47,747 nt of DNA from Octopus bimaculoides (GCF_001194135.2 NC_069008.1:16438517-16486263), one strand, 5' to 3'; shown: positions 22,495-34,150, counted from the first letter of the stretch. Numbers and translations: made by a program. The notes: a model not told the origin generated them from the letters alone.

Positions 22495-23801
22495 TATTAT
22501 ATTTTATTCTATTACAGCAAAATCAAGAACATTTATATACAGCTATATATCCATGGTTATCATCAGAACAATTTCATTGGCATTCAGATCTAGAATTACC
22601 TACAGACAACATTTCTGAAATACATACAAACGAAAACGATATAAATCAAGACGATGCAGACGTACGCAATGCAAAAAGATTATTACGATTCATAAACAAC
22701 AGACAAGCAATTGTCATTTTTCATAGAGCTGAAGATATGATGGACAGAAACAAATACTGGAATACAATAAACCACTTCCATATCCTATGGAAATGCAAAT
22801 CAGAGAGAAGTTCAGCAAATGACAGTACTTGGCAAAAAATTACACAAGAATACTGGAAAGCAACTGGATACACATAAAATACCAAACACACAAAGAGTAA
22901 AATTTCCAGCTGCATTAGCAAACTACTTTTGCAAACCTCCAAAAGTTTTCTTATTAAAAACATTATGTCCAGCAATTCAAGAGTTAAATATATGGTGTAA
23001 TGAAGAATATTCATACACAGATAAAACTTCCACTATACAACAACCATCTATCTCTTTCGAACAACCAACTTTCGTCAATTCCAATGGGAAATCAATGAAA
23101 CTCTCCAGCTACATCAAATACTTATATGGCTCAAAAAGAATATGCTAATTTCGAAGAAATGAAACAATGAAAATTTTTTAGGTGCTCTAGCTCATCCAAT
23201 GTTTGATACCATAGCTAAAAAAGTTGCAGAAGCTTCAAAAATGGAAACTTTAGCCACATGTTTCATTAAAAAATATCAAAACATGAAATGGAACAAATTT
23301 CATATTCATCAGTACCATACAGTATCAACTAGTCTCCGTATTTTCGAAAACCTTCTAAAAATTCAAACCATAGATATCAGTAATTTCGTCAACAACATAT
23401 GGAATATTTTAGCTCAAAAAATTCCGAAAATAAATACTTTCGCACTAGAAGGTGTACCAAGTTCCGGAAAAAGTTACATAGCAAGAAGTAACTCTGCAAT
23501 GTTCAGATATTCAGAAACAATACAAGGAACATCAAGTTTCCCTTCCCAAGACATGTATGAAACAGAACTTTGCCTTTTCGAAGAACCAAACACGACACTC
23601 AAAACTCTTCAAACATTCAAGTTAACAGAAGGAGCCGACACTGCTGTCGCTGTAAAGTTTAAACCTAGTGTTACAATAAAAAGAACACCAATAATAATTA
23701 CCAGTAATTATCCTTTCGATACTTTAGCACCAACTGACGAAAAAGAAGCTTTCAAACAACGTATTGTTTATATTGCCGCATGCACACACACACACAGCTG
23801 A
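22440..23801 (+). pseudogene. Parvovirus NS1-like replication protein: HUH endonuclease plus SF3 helicase (about 450 codons, 1 stop and about 3 frameshifts)
   Basis: HUH motif HFHILW at 22773-22790; catalytic YxxK-type NYFCKPPK at 22921-22944; Walker A GVPSSGKS at 23451-23474; Walker B LCLFEEP; B' motif EG..TAVAVKFK; motif C PIIITSN; FKQR. Confidence 0.9.
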
Positions 23802-24113
23802 CTACCTAATAAACTCACTCTCTATATATAACTAACAGTTGTCTCACTCTCTCTTATCCTGCAGGCACTTGTTCGCATCTCACATGCGAGCCCTCTTATG
23901 TTATATTATAGGTTTTGTGTCGACCGTGCGACTCATTTGAATAAAAAAAAAAAATCAAAGGACCTGTACATGTAGAGTAGATGAGCTAGCAGAGAAGTCA
24001 AGGAAATATACCAAGACAGAAGATCAGATGAGAGAGATAAAGTATGGTGAATGTAGTAGAGTAGTGGTTCCCAACCTGGGGTCCACGAGCTAAATTCAAA
24101 ATTTCATACATAC

Positions 24114-24116
<3 letters not shown>

Positions 24117-24161
<45 letters not shown>

Positions 24162-24305
24162 ATATATATATATATGTAATCAATATGTGTATACAAGTAT
24201 ATATGTGTGTGTATGTATATATATATGTATGTATATATACATGTATGTGTATGTATATATATATGTAATCAATATATGTGTATACAAGTATATATATGTG
24301 TATAT
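24117..24305. repeat. (TG)n/(TA)n compound microsatellite
   Basis: Seen directly in the sequence. Confidence 0.95.
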
Positions 24306-24519
24306 ATAATGCGAGAGAGTTAGGGGTTGAGGGTTCAACCCACTAAGGGATAGTACCTATCCAATATACTGCCGAGAGGGTACTCTACACTAGTGTAGCA
24401 ATAATAAGGACATGCAAAATAAAAGGGGTCCGTGGGGAAATTCATCGAAATAAAATGTTTGGGAACCACTCTGAAAAGGTTGAGAACCAGTGGTAGAGAA
24501 AGGTTTATAAACATTGGTC

Positions 24520-24730
24520 TCAAATTTTGGCACAAGGCCAGCAATTGAAGGGGGGGGGGACAAGGGGTGAAGTGGATTACATTGACCCCAGTGCTCAACT
24601 GGCACTCATCTTATCACTACCCCACCACCTGAAATGATGAAAAATGAAGTCAACTTTAGCAGGGCTTGAACTCAGAACATAACAGACAAACTGCTGCTAA
24701 GCATTTTGCCTGGCATGCTAACAATTCTGA
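24520..24730 (-). mobile_element. Diverged SINE family 'B'-like copy
   Basis: attacattgaccccagtgctcaactggcac...gaagtcaactttagcagggcttgaactcagaac...gctaagcattttgcctggcatgctaac. Confidence 0.65.
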
Positions 24731-24814
24731 GGTTTCTGAAAATTAATTAATGTCCATCACAATTCTAATTAATGTGGACATTTGTTTATAGTGAATATTT
24801 ATGTGAGTTAGCAG

Positions 24815-25050
24815 TCGTCCCTGCATACCAGCCTTCCCTCTTCAGGCCACTAGTGCTATCCAAGGGAGAGGCAAAGGGGCCGATACAGCTTGGCACCAGT
24901 GACGTCACAACTCATTTCTACAGCTGGGTTAACTGGAGCAACATGAAATAAAGTGTCTTGCTCAAGAACACAAGACACAGCCTGGTCCGGGAATCGAACT
25001 CACTACCTCTTGATTGTGAGTCTTCATACTTTTATCACTAAGCCATGTGC
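24815..25050 (-). mobile_element. SINE family 'E'
   Basis: High identity to 431-658 (caaaggggccgatacagcttggcaccagtgacgtc...aaagtgtcttgctcaagaac). Confidence 0.85.
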
Positions 25051-25134
25051 CTCCATCACAAAAACATTAACCCTATAGCACTCAGTCATAGCAAATCAGT
25101 CAGATCCAGTCTTTTAAACCTACTGCATGATGTC

Positions 25135-25170
<36 letters not shown>

Positions 25171-25511
25171 NNNNNNNNNNAAAAAAAAAAAAAAAAGAAA
25201 AAAGAAAAAAAAAACCACACACACACACATCAAAATTTTCAAGTTAAGAGATAATGCATAATTAATTGAAAACGTGCATAAATAAGCATTACATGTAACA
25301 GAATACTCCGAATGCCACAGGGTTAAATGTATACATGAAGACCTCCTCGGAATAGGTACCCATTCTGAAATTCACTAAAGTTTATCTCACACATGTGAAT
25401 ATATCAATAGTTTTTTATCTCTGATATTCCCACAAATATTTACCTGTATTGCCTGGTTGTTTTTGTTTGTAAATTACTTTCTTCTCAGGTTATTAAATTA
25501 CACAAGAAGAT

Positions 25512-27254
25512 TCAATTGTCTCCTATTTCAGGCGTTTCGCAATGAATAGGCTTCCCCCCAGTGTGTATCCGCCTGTGCCTTTTTAAGTGACTGTTTGTGA
25601 TAAATGCTTTCCCACAAATTTCACAGCAATAAAGTTTTTCTCCGGTGTGTATTTTTCTGTGAGTCGTTAAAGAACTGTTGTAGACAAAAGATTTACCACA
25701 GATTTCACAATGACATGATTTTTCTCCACTGTGACTTATCATATGCGTTGTTAAATAACTTCTAGACACAAAGGATTTACCACACACTTCGCAGTGGAAT
25801 GGCTTCTGTCCAGTGTGTATTCTCATGTGTCTAGTTAAGACACTATTATCAACAAATGACTTTCTACAAATATCACAATGGAATGGTTTCTCTCCAGTGT
25901 GGCTACGTTTGTGAACTAAAAGATGAGAATTGTTAACAAACGGCTTCCCGCATATTTCACAGTGGAACCGTCTCTCTCCAGTGTGTTTCATCTTATGTGT
26001 CTTTAGGAGACCATTGGTGACAAAGGACTGACCACACACTTCACAATGGAAAGGTTTTTCTCCAGTGTGAATTCTCTTGTGCGTAGTTAGATAACTGTTC
26101 GTGATAAACGATTTCCCACATATCTCACAGTGATAGGGTTTTTCTCCAGTGTGGCTACGTTTGTGAACTTCAAGATGTGGATTATTACGGAACGATTTAC
26201 CACAGATCTGACAGTGAAATGGTCTCTCTTCAGAGTGGATTCTTCTGTGTTTTGTTAAGACGCTTTTATTGACAAAATACTTGCCGCATATTTCACAACA
26301 AAAAGGTTTCAATCCGGTGTGTAGCAGTTTATGTTTTGTCAACTCACTGTTAGAAATGAACGATCTTGCACATAAGTCGCAATGGAATGGTCTTTCTCCA
26401 GTGTGACGACGTATGTGAATGACCAGATATGAATTGTTAACAAATGATTTCTCACATATTTCACAATAAAATAGTTTTTCTCCGGTGTGTGTTATATTGT
26501 GAACAACGAGACTAGATTTATCACAGAATGATTTTCCACATATTTCACAGTGGAATGGCCTTATTCCACTGTGTATTCTTGTATGTTTTGTCAAGTCACT
26601 TTTACAAATGAAGGCTTTCCCACAATCTTGACAACCAAAGGGTTTTTCCCCTGTATGTATCCTTTTATGCTTTGTTAAATCACAATTAGAAACAAACGAT
26701 TTCCCGCACACATCACAATGATAGGGTCTCTCTCCAGTGTGGATTCTTTTGTGAACAATGAGACTAGAATTAACAGAGAAAAATTTGCCACAAATTTCAC
26801 AGTAAAATGGCTTTTCTCCAGTGTGAACTCTTTTGTGTGCTGTTAAGTTACTGTTGGACACGAAACTCTTCCCACACTGTTCACAGTGGAAGGGTTTATC
26901 TCCAGAATGTACCCTTGTGTGTGTTTTTAAGTGACTACTGCTGAGAAAAGATTTCCCACATATCTCGCAATGATGAGGTCTTTCTCCTGTGTGGATTCTT
27001 TGGTGATTTCTTAAATAGCTAAAATACACAAAATACTTCCCACATACATCACAGTGAAATAGTTTTTTCTTACTGTGTATTTCTTTGTGTAAGATGACTT
27101 CGTATTCTGTAGAGAATGTCTTCCTACAAATCTCGCAGCGATATTCAGGAACACTTCCGTTTTCAGCTTTCTCATTTTCGTCTGTTTCTCTAACTGTATC
27201 TACATTGTTAATAACAGTTGCGTTACAAGTGTCCAAGTGATTAACGTTCTCCAT
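25512..27254 (-). CDS. C2H2 zinc-finger protein, 19 tandem fingers, no recognisable effector domain
   Basis: Intact 580-aa ORF with 19 CX2CX12HX3H units and TGEKP-type linkers. There is a short acidic N-terminus, and the final finger is truncated. Confidence 0.93.
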   Translation of the reverse strand: MENVNHLDTCNATVINNVDTVRETDENEKAENGSVPEYRCEICRKTFSTEYEVILHKEIHSKKKLFHCDVCGKYFVYFSYLRNHQRIHTGERPHHCEICGKSFLSSSHLKTHTRVHSGDKPFHCEQCGKSFVSNSNLTAHKRVHTGEKPFYCEICGKFFSVNSSLIVHKRIHTGERPYHCDVCGKSFVSNCDLTKHKRIHTGEKPFGCQDCGKAFICKSDLTKHTRIHSGIRPFHCEICGKSFCDKSSLVVHNITHTGEKLFYCEICEKSFVNNSYLVIHIRRHTGERPFHCDLCARSFISNSELTKHKLLHTGLKPFCCEICGKYFVNKSVLTKHRRIHSEERPFHCQICGKSFRNNPHLEVHKRSHTGEKPYHCEICGKSFITNSYLTTHKRIHTGEKPFHCEVCGQSFVTNGLLKTHKMKHTGERRFHCEICGKPFVNNSHLLVHKRSHTGEKPFHCDICRKSFVDNSVLTRHMRIHTGQKPFHCEVCGKSFVSRSYLTTHMISHSGEKSCHCEICGKSFVYNSSLTTHRKIHTGEKLYCCEICGKAFITNSHLKRHRRIHTGGKPIHCETPEIGDN

Positions 27255-29299
27255 GTTAATTCTTGAGCAATAACTTAAAAAGCTGACAAATGTCCGAGTT
27301 AATCTATTATCAGTTTCTTGTCTCAGATGTCATCGACTTCTCTTTACATCTGCAGAAAAATATTCAATGACGATACAGTTTTCGACTCACCAGTAGAAAG
27401 TCTGCTATTGACTGGGTCTTCTCCAAGTGGGCCACATTATGGAGATTCATATCATCATTAGTATCTTCTCTTAGATATCATGGGATTTGCAGAAAAATAT
27501 TCATTGCTGATATATTTTCTACTTACCACAAGAATACCTTTGACTGACAGGCTGGTTCCACCCGCAATTAACATTCATATTGAAAAATATAATTAACGGA
27601 AACTATGTAGGCAAAAACAACAAGGAGCTTCAATGAAGATTTGCAGACGTCCTGATGAAGTCAAGGTTTGTCCACCACAGGCAGATGTGGACCACTCAGC
27701 ATAACTGCAAAGAAAGGAAAGATACAAGAGATGAAGGGGTAAGACCAATATCACAGTGTGTGTGTGTGGTTCAAAATTGCACAAAACAACAAACGACAGA
27801 GACAGATAAGGGAACAGCAAACAAGGGGCATTAGTNNNNNNNNNNNNNNNNNNNNNNNNNNNNNNNNNNNNNNNNNNNNNNNNNNNNNNNNNNNNNNNNN
27901 NNNNNNNNNNNNNNNNNNNNNNNNNNNNNNNNNNNNNNNNNNNNNNNNNNNNNNNNNNNNNNNNNNNNNNNNNNNNNNNNNNNNNNNNNNNNNNNNNNNN
28001 NNNNNNNNNNNNNNNNNNNNNNNNNNNNNNNNNNNNNNNNNNNNNNNNNNNNNNNNNNNNNNNNNNNNNNNNNNNNNNNNNNNNNNNNNNNNNNNNNNNN
28101 NNNNNNNNNNNNNNNNNNNNNNNNNNNNNNNNNNNNNNNNNNNNNNNNNNNNNNNNNNNNNNNNNNNNNNNNNNNNNNNNNNNNNNNNNNNNNNNNNNNN
28201 NNNNNNNNNNNNNNNNNNNNNNNNNNNNNNNNNNNNNNNNNNNNNNNNNNNNNNNNNNNNNNNNNNNNNNNNNNNNNNNNNNNNNNNNNNNNNNNNNNNN
28301 NNNNNNNNNNNNNNNNNNNNNNNNNNNNNNNNNNNNNNNNGGACGCGAGTACCCTTATACTCTGTGTTTTCAAACGCATGGATATAGGTGTCAAATTTGT
28401 TCCAATAACTTTCGAGTAATAGATAGATAGATAGAGAGACAGACAGACAGACATATAGCACGCTCCGGCCAGTCATGGTATTAGCTGTCAGTAGCCAAAG
28501 AATCGACAGGCCAGCAACAGGCAGGCAGACAGGCAGATACTTCACTAGCAGCGAGCACTTTCACTTCTGACAGCTAATAGCATGACAGTGCCAAATAATT
28601 TTCAGAATCGGAATCTCCATAGCCTAAAACGTGGGATTCCGTAAAAAAAAAAAAAAAATTTTTATATACATATTATGGGGGGAAAGGTCCCGTTTACATA
28701 TATTGTCCATCTGAACCCATACTAGACATCAGCTGATAGGTATGTTATAAAAAAATTTCATTAAAACATCAATTTTTCTGTAGAAGTTTACGAAGAAAAT
28801 AAGTCGGAACAGTAAAGCGCGTGTAGTTTTTTTGCCACCAAAAATGTAATAGTATATATTACCTTGCTGAAACGTACTTAGCGATCTGTTAGTTAAATAG
28901 TAGCTTATATATATATATATATATATATATAATACAAAGAATATATATGCATGTATACACACATATATGTACATACTTACATCTACATGTGTATATAGAT
29001 GCATATCAGGGTACAGGACGTTAAATATATATAAATGCAATCGTTGGACATGGCTGGTCATTAGGTTACATAGTCGACACGTGAACAACACTGCCCAGAT
29101 ATTTAACGCTCTCTGCTAATGGAGATAGGAATACTTATTTCAGTCAAAGTTGTGAAAGAAAGTCCCGGAACGAAATACTTCCAAGCGAGATGAAGTTATC
29201 TCCCTTCGACGGATATTTATCTATTTATGCGTTTCAGCCAAGTGGCTGCGGTCATGCTGGAGCACCGCCATAAATTTCCGTCTTTATGCTGTGCTCTCT

Positions 29300-29510
29300 T
29301 CACGTTCCTTGCATGGCTCCTCTCCTCCACCTGATATAGTCCAATAGAGAGTTTTCATGGCACATCTGGTGTATAAGAGAATTTGACATCGCTGCCCTAA
29401 ACTGTGTCTCATTTCGAGCCATTGGTTCGTCTGGTATCGTGGAGAGGAAAGCGTCGAGTTTTGTCTCGAAGACCTCTATATCCATGTCTTGCAGGTCTCA
29501 ATTGTTTTGG
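29300..29510 (-). pseudogene. CR1/L2-group LINE 3' end
   Basis: DIEVFETKLDAFLSTIPDEP...FRAAMSNSLIHQ resembles the 'FK..LD.FL..IPDEP...AA.SNSL' ORF2 C-termini. Confidence 0.55.
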
Positions 29511-30493
29511 CAGGGCATATATATATATATATATATANNNNNNNNNNNNNNNNNNNNNNNNNNNNNNNNNNNNNNNNNNNNNNNNNNNNNNNNNNNNNNN
29601 NNNNNNNNNNNNNNNNNNNNNNNNNNNNNNNNNNNNNNNNNNNNNNNNNNNNNNNNNNNNNNNNNNNNNNNNNNNNNNNNNNNNNNNNNNNNNNNNNNNN
29701 NNNNNNNNNNNNNNNNNNNNNNNNNNNNNNNNNNNNNNNNNNNNNNNNNNNNNNNNNNNNNNNNNNNNNNNNNNNNNNNNNNNNNNNNNNNNNNNNNNNN
29801 NNNNNNNNNNNNNNNNNNNNNNNNNNNNNNNNNNNNNNNNNNNNNNNNNNNNNNNNNNNNNNNNNNNNNNNNNNNNNNNNNNNNNNNNNNNNNNNNNNNN
29901 NNNNNNNNNNNNNNNNNNNNNNNNNNNNNNNNNNNNNNNNNNNNNNNNNNNNNNNNNNNNNNNNNNNNNNNNNNNNNNNNNNNNNNNNNNNNNNNNNNNN
30001 NNNNNNNNNNNNNNNNNNNNNNNNNNNNNNNNNNNNNNNNNNNNNNNNNNNNNNNNNNNNNNNNNNNNNNNNNNNNNNNNNNNNNNNNNNNNNNNNNNNN
30101 NNNNNNNNNNNNNNNNNNNNNNNNNNNNNNNNNNNNNNNNNNNNNNNNNNNNNNNNNNNNNNNNNNNNNNNNNNNNNNNNNNNNNNNNNNNNNNNNNNNN
30201 NNNNNNNNNNNNNNNNNNNNNNNNNNNNNNNNNNNNNNNNNNNNNNNNNNNNNNNNNNNNNNNNNNNNNNNNNNNNNNNNNNNNNNNNNNNNNNNNNNNN
30301 NNNNNNNNNNNNNNNNNNNNNNNNNNNNNNNNNNNNNNNNNNNNNNNNNNNNNNNNNNNNNNNNNNNNNNNNNNNNNNNNNNNNNNNNNNNNNNNNNNNN
30401 NNNNNNNNNNNNNNNNNNNNNNNNNNNNNNNNNNNNNNNNNNNNNNNNNNNNNNNNNNNNNNNNNNNNNNNNNNNNNNNNNNNNNNNNNNNNN

Positions 30494-30655
30494 NTGACTG
30501 CGGCCATGCTGGAGCACCGCCTTTAGTCGAGCAAATAGACCCCAAGACATTCTTTGGAAGCGTAGTACTTATTCTATCGGTCTCTTTTGCCGAACCGCTA
30601 GGTAACGGGGACGTAAACACACGCGCATCGGTTGTCAAGCGATGTTGGGGGAGAA

Positions 30656-30690
<35 letters not shown>

Positions 30691-30810
30691 AAAAGACGGG
30701 CTTCTTTCAGTTTCCGTCTACCAAATCCTCTCATATGGTTTTGGTCGGCCCGAGGCTATAGTAGAAGGCACTTGCCCAAAGCGCCAGGCAGTGGGAATGA
30801 ACCCGGAACA
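30494..30810 (-). mobile_element. SINE family 'C'
   Basis: tgactgcggccatgctggagcaccgcc...tctatcggtctcttttgccgaaccgcta...tttcagtttccgtctacc...ggcagtgggaatgaacccggaac. Confidence 0.85.
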
Positions 30811-33054
30811 ATCCTACATACATAATTTTTCATTTCTCTCATAGATACATTGTTTTACATAGAGCAATGGTTCTACTGCGACACAAAGTTTCTATGTCAA
30901 AGAGACTGGAAAAACCAGTGACATAATTTGGTCTAATTATGCATTTACTTTCTTCAATTACAAACGAAAAACAAAAAAAAAGGTTAATATTGTTTTCTAC
31001 ATTTTAAATTACTGAAATTGTAGTTTGTTATTGAGACACTTCTTCCAAAATTCTGACTTGGTTTTCCATACATCAACCAGTGGTGCTTGATTGGCGAAAG
31101 TAAAGAACACGTACACCCGGTGTTTAGGGTTAGGAATTTTGTTATGCCGAAAACGGGTGGTGTACGTATTCTTTACTTCCGCCATTTGATTTTTTTGTTT
31201 AAAAGGCCCGAATTTAGTTTTAAACATACATAGGAATTCTTGTGAATACATTTTCTACAACAAAACAAATTGTGATTTAAAGGTGAAGTTTAGAATCAAG
31301 ACGATTGGGACTTTTTTCCAACTATATTTTGATGCACCGTTTCAGAGCCTTTAGGGGTTAAACACATGACCACATACACTCCATATTCTTGTAGAATATA
31401 TTACCCTATATTTATAAAAGGATTCTCCCATCATTTTTAAACCAAGAAATTGGCCAAAATCGGTTGGGAAGTTGAAAAAAAAAAAAAAAANNNNNNNNNN
31501 NNNNNNNNNNNNNNNNNNNNNNNNNNNNNNNNNNNNNNNNNNNNNNNNNNNNNNNNNNNNNNNNNNNNNNNNNNNNNNNNNNNNNNNNNNNNNNNNNNNN
31601 NNNNNNNNNNNNNNNNNNNNNNNNNNNNNNNNNNNNNNNNNNNNNNNNNNNNNNNNNNNNNNNNNNNNNNNNNNNNNNNNNNNNNNNNNNNNNNNNNNNN
31701 NNNNNNNNNNNNNNNNNNNNNNNNNNNNNNNNNNNNNNNNNNNNNNNNNNNNNNNNNNNNNNNNNNNNNNNNNNNNNNNNNNNNNNNNNNNNNNNNNNNN
31801 NNNNNNNNNNNNNNNNNNNNNNNNNNNNNNNNNNNNNNNNNNNNNNNNNNNNNNNNNNNNNNNNNNNNNNNNNNNNNNNNNNNNNNNNNNNNNNNNNNNN
31901 NNNNNNNNNNNNNNNNNNNNNNNNNNNNNNNNNNNNNNNNNNNNNNNNNNNNNNNNNNNNNNNNNNNNNNNNNNNNNNNNNNNNNNNNNNNNNNNNNNNN
32001 NNNNNNNNNNNNNNNNNNNNNNNNNNNNNNNNNNNNNNNNNNNNNNNNNNNNNNNNNNNNNNNNNNNNNNNNNNNNNNNNNNNNNNNNNNNNNNNNNNNN
32101 NNNNNNNNNNNNNNNNAAAAAAACATACCTATTTCATCGTATATTTCATGATTAAAATGTAATTTTTTCCGTTTTTCCCCTCTATTTTTATTTCTTTGTG
32201 TGCGTGTGTTCATACCTTCACAATAGTAATGACATTCATTTAAAATACAGAAATATTAATTAAATACATCTTTTACAAAATACATCAAAATTTCTGGTCT
32301 TCTTTTCTTTCCATATAAAAAAAGATGGCTTAATGTGTGGTAATTTCAATTTATGCAGGTGCGGTCTGTAAACGTCTGTGTGTTCACACATGCCTAACTG
32401 TGCGGATGTACATGTGTGTGTGTATGATGGTAAATTAATGTATGTATATTTCATATGTGTGTGTGTGTGTGTGTACGCGTCCATACAATTATGAGTGTAT
32501 ACGTGTGCATTTATGCGAACGAGAAGTCAGAATATTTTATTCAGATATCGGGATTATTTAGCACAAACAATTAAAAAAAAACAAACAAACATATTTCATG
32601 GTGAGATAAATATTCCAAATAAATACATACTTTTGGTTTGGATGTTGAACTGATAAGAGCAGAAGGGCAAGTGAAGGAGTTATTCGTTCATTTAGTCGGC
32701 AATTAAAATCCATTTTTTTTTTCCTTGATAGAGGACAAAGGAACCTACGACCTGTCTGTCTGGCGCATGAAATGAAATGAATGCTTATGCCGCCGTAGCG
32801 GAGGTAGTAGTGGTAGAACGCCGATCTCAAGTAGGTCACACACCCACAGACGATGATATGCACAGTAAATTCAGGCCTAAATATACAATTAGAGTTGCTC
32901 TGTAAGATAAAGTGATCGGTGTAGTTGGCAGTTTTCCCTCGCCTACAAAAACACCGGTAACGAGGGCTAATAATCGTTTTTTTTTTGGCGCAAATGTTGG
33001 ATGGTTAATGTTTTGAGGGTTGGGAAGCGACAGTGATCTAGTCAATTACAACAA

Positions 33055-34150
33055 GTTTACCCTTATTTTATCGACTCCGAAATGACAGAAGACAAAGTCG
33101 AACTCAGAATGTGAAAAGAGACGAAATACTGCCATGTATTTTTATCTGGCCGGCTAACGATTCTGCCACCTCGCTGCCTTCATAATAATAATTCTTTTTA
33201 AAAACACTAAGCCTAAAATTTTCAAGGAAGTGGATTAATCGATTATACCAACCTCAGTGCCCAATTGGTACTCACTGTNNNNNNNNNNNNNNNNNNNNNN
33301 NNNNNNNNNNNNNNNNNNNNNNATCGATTACATCGACTCTAGTATTTGATTGGTAATTATTTATGGATACCTGCAGAAGTATGCCCTCCCCACCAAAAAC
33401 TTATGTAATGTGTACACGCCCAGCGTTTCTTTTTCCACCCTATATTACGATATAATCGTAATCTGCACTATGTGAGATGTATTTGAAGGAAATTTTATTA
33501 AAAAATAAGGATCTCTATCGCAAACAGCAGGAAGTTTCTTCAGCTGAATACACGTCGTTGATTGGTTAAAATTACCGAAATATGACAACTTTAACACGAA
33601 ATTTTGTTGAAAGTAAACCGTGTTCAGCGTGAGAAATTACACCAGTATACGAAGTTCCAAACTGTTTCTGTAAGCCAAATTGAAGAGATACAAAAAATAA
33701 ACCATTTTTCTGGAATTTATGGGGAAACAAATTACCCCTAATGAATGAAAAGTAAAGTCAACTGCTGAGAAATTCTAATTCAGGACATAAACACATAAAA
33801 TGCCGCTAAGCATTTTGCCCGGCGTTGTAACAACTCTGCAGCTCACTGCATTAGTTGGAGAAAATAATCCTTTCAGGAATAAAGCCTAAGAAAGTGTTTC
33901 GTTAAGAAAACAAGTGTTGCCCGTCAAATCGCAAAGATCCATCCTTTCCACTGTAGGTACACGTCCTGGAATTCTAGGGAAGAGGGCTAGTTGATTTCAT
34001 CGATCCCAGAACATCATTCGTATTTATCAATCCCGAAAAGATGAAAATCAAGGTCAACCTCGGCGGAATTTGAACTCAGCACGTAAAGTCAGACAAACAT
34101 TGTTAAGCGTTTTGTACGGATTGTTAACAACTCTGCCAGGTCGCCGCCTT
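33055..34150 (-). mobile_element. Cluster of diverged family 'B' SINE fragments (about 33055-33180, 33730-33850, 33990-34150)
   Basis: Recurrent gtcaacctcggcggaatttgaactcag / gctaagcattttgcccggcg / ctctgccagg motifs. Confidence 0.65.

Noticed and set aside
22440-23801. CRESS-DNA (circovirus-like) Rep or Helitron Rep as the source of the HUH/helicase
   Set aside because: The SF3 (not Pif1/SF1) helicase excludes Helitron. The long nickase-to-Walker A spacing and the EE Walker B fit parvoviral NS1 better than circoviral Rep, though only a phylogeny can settle it.
27751-32213. Long ORFs in the track (also at 2641-3051, 6671-7056, 36545-37407, 42175-43041)
   Set aside because: They are artefacts of N gaps translated as X.
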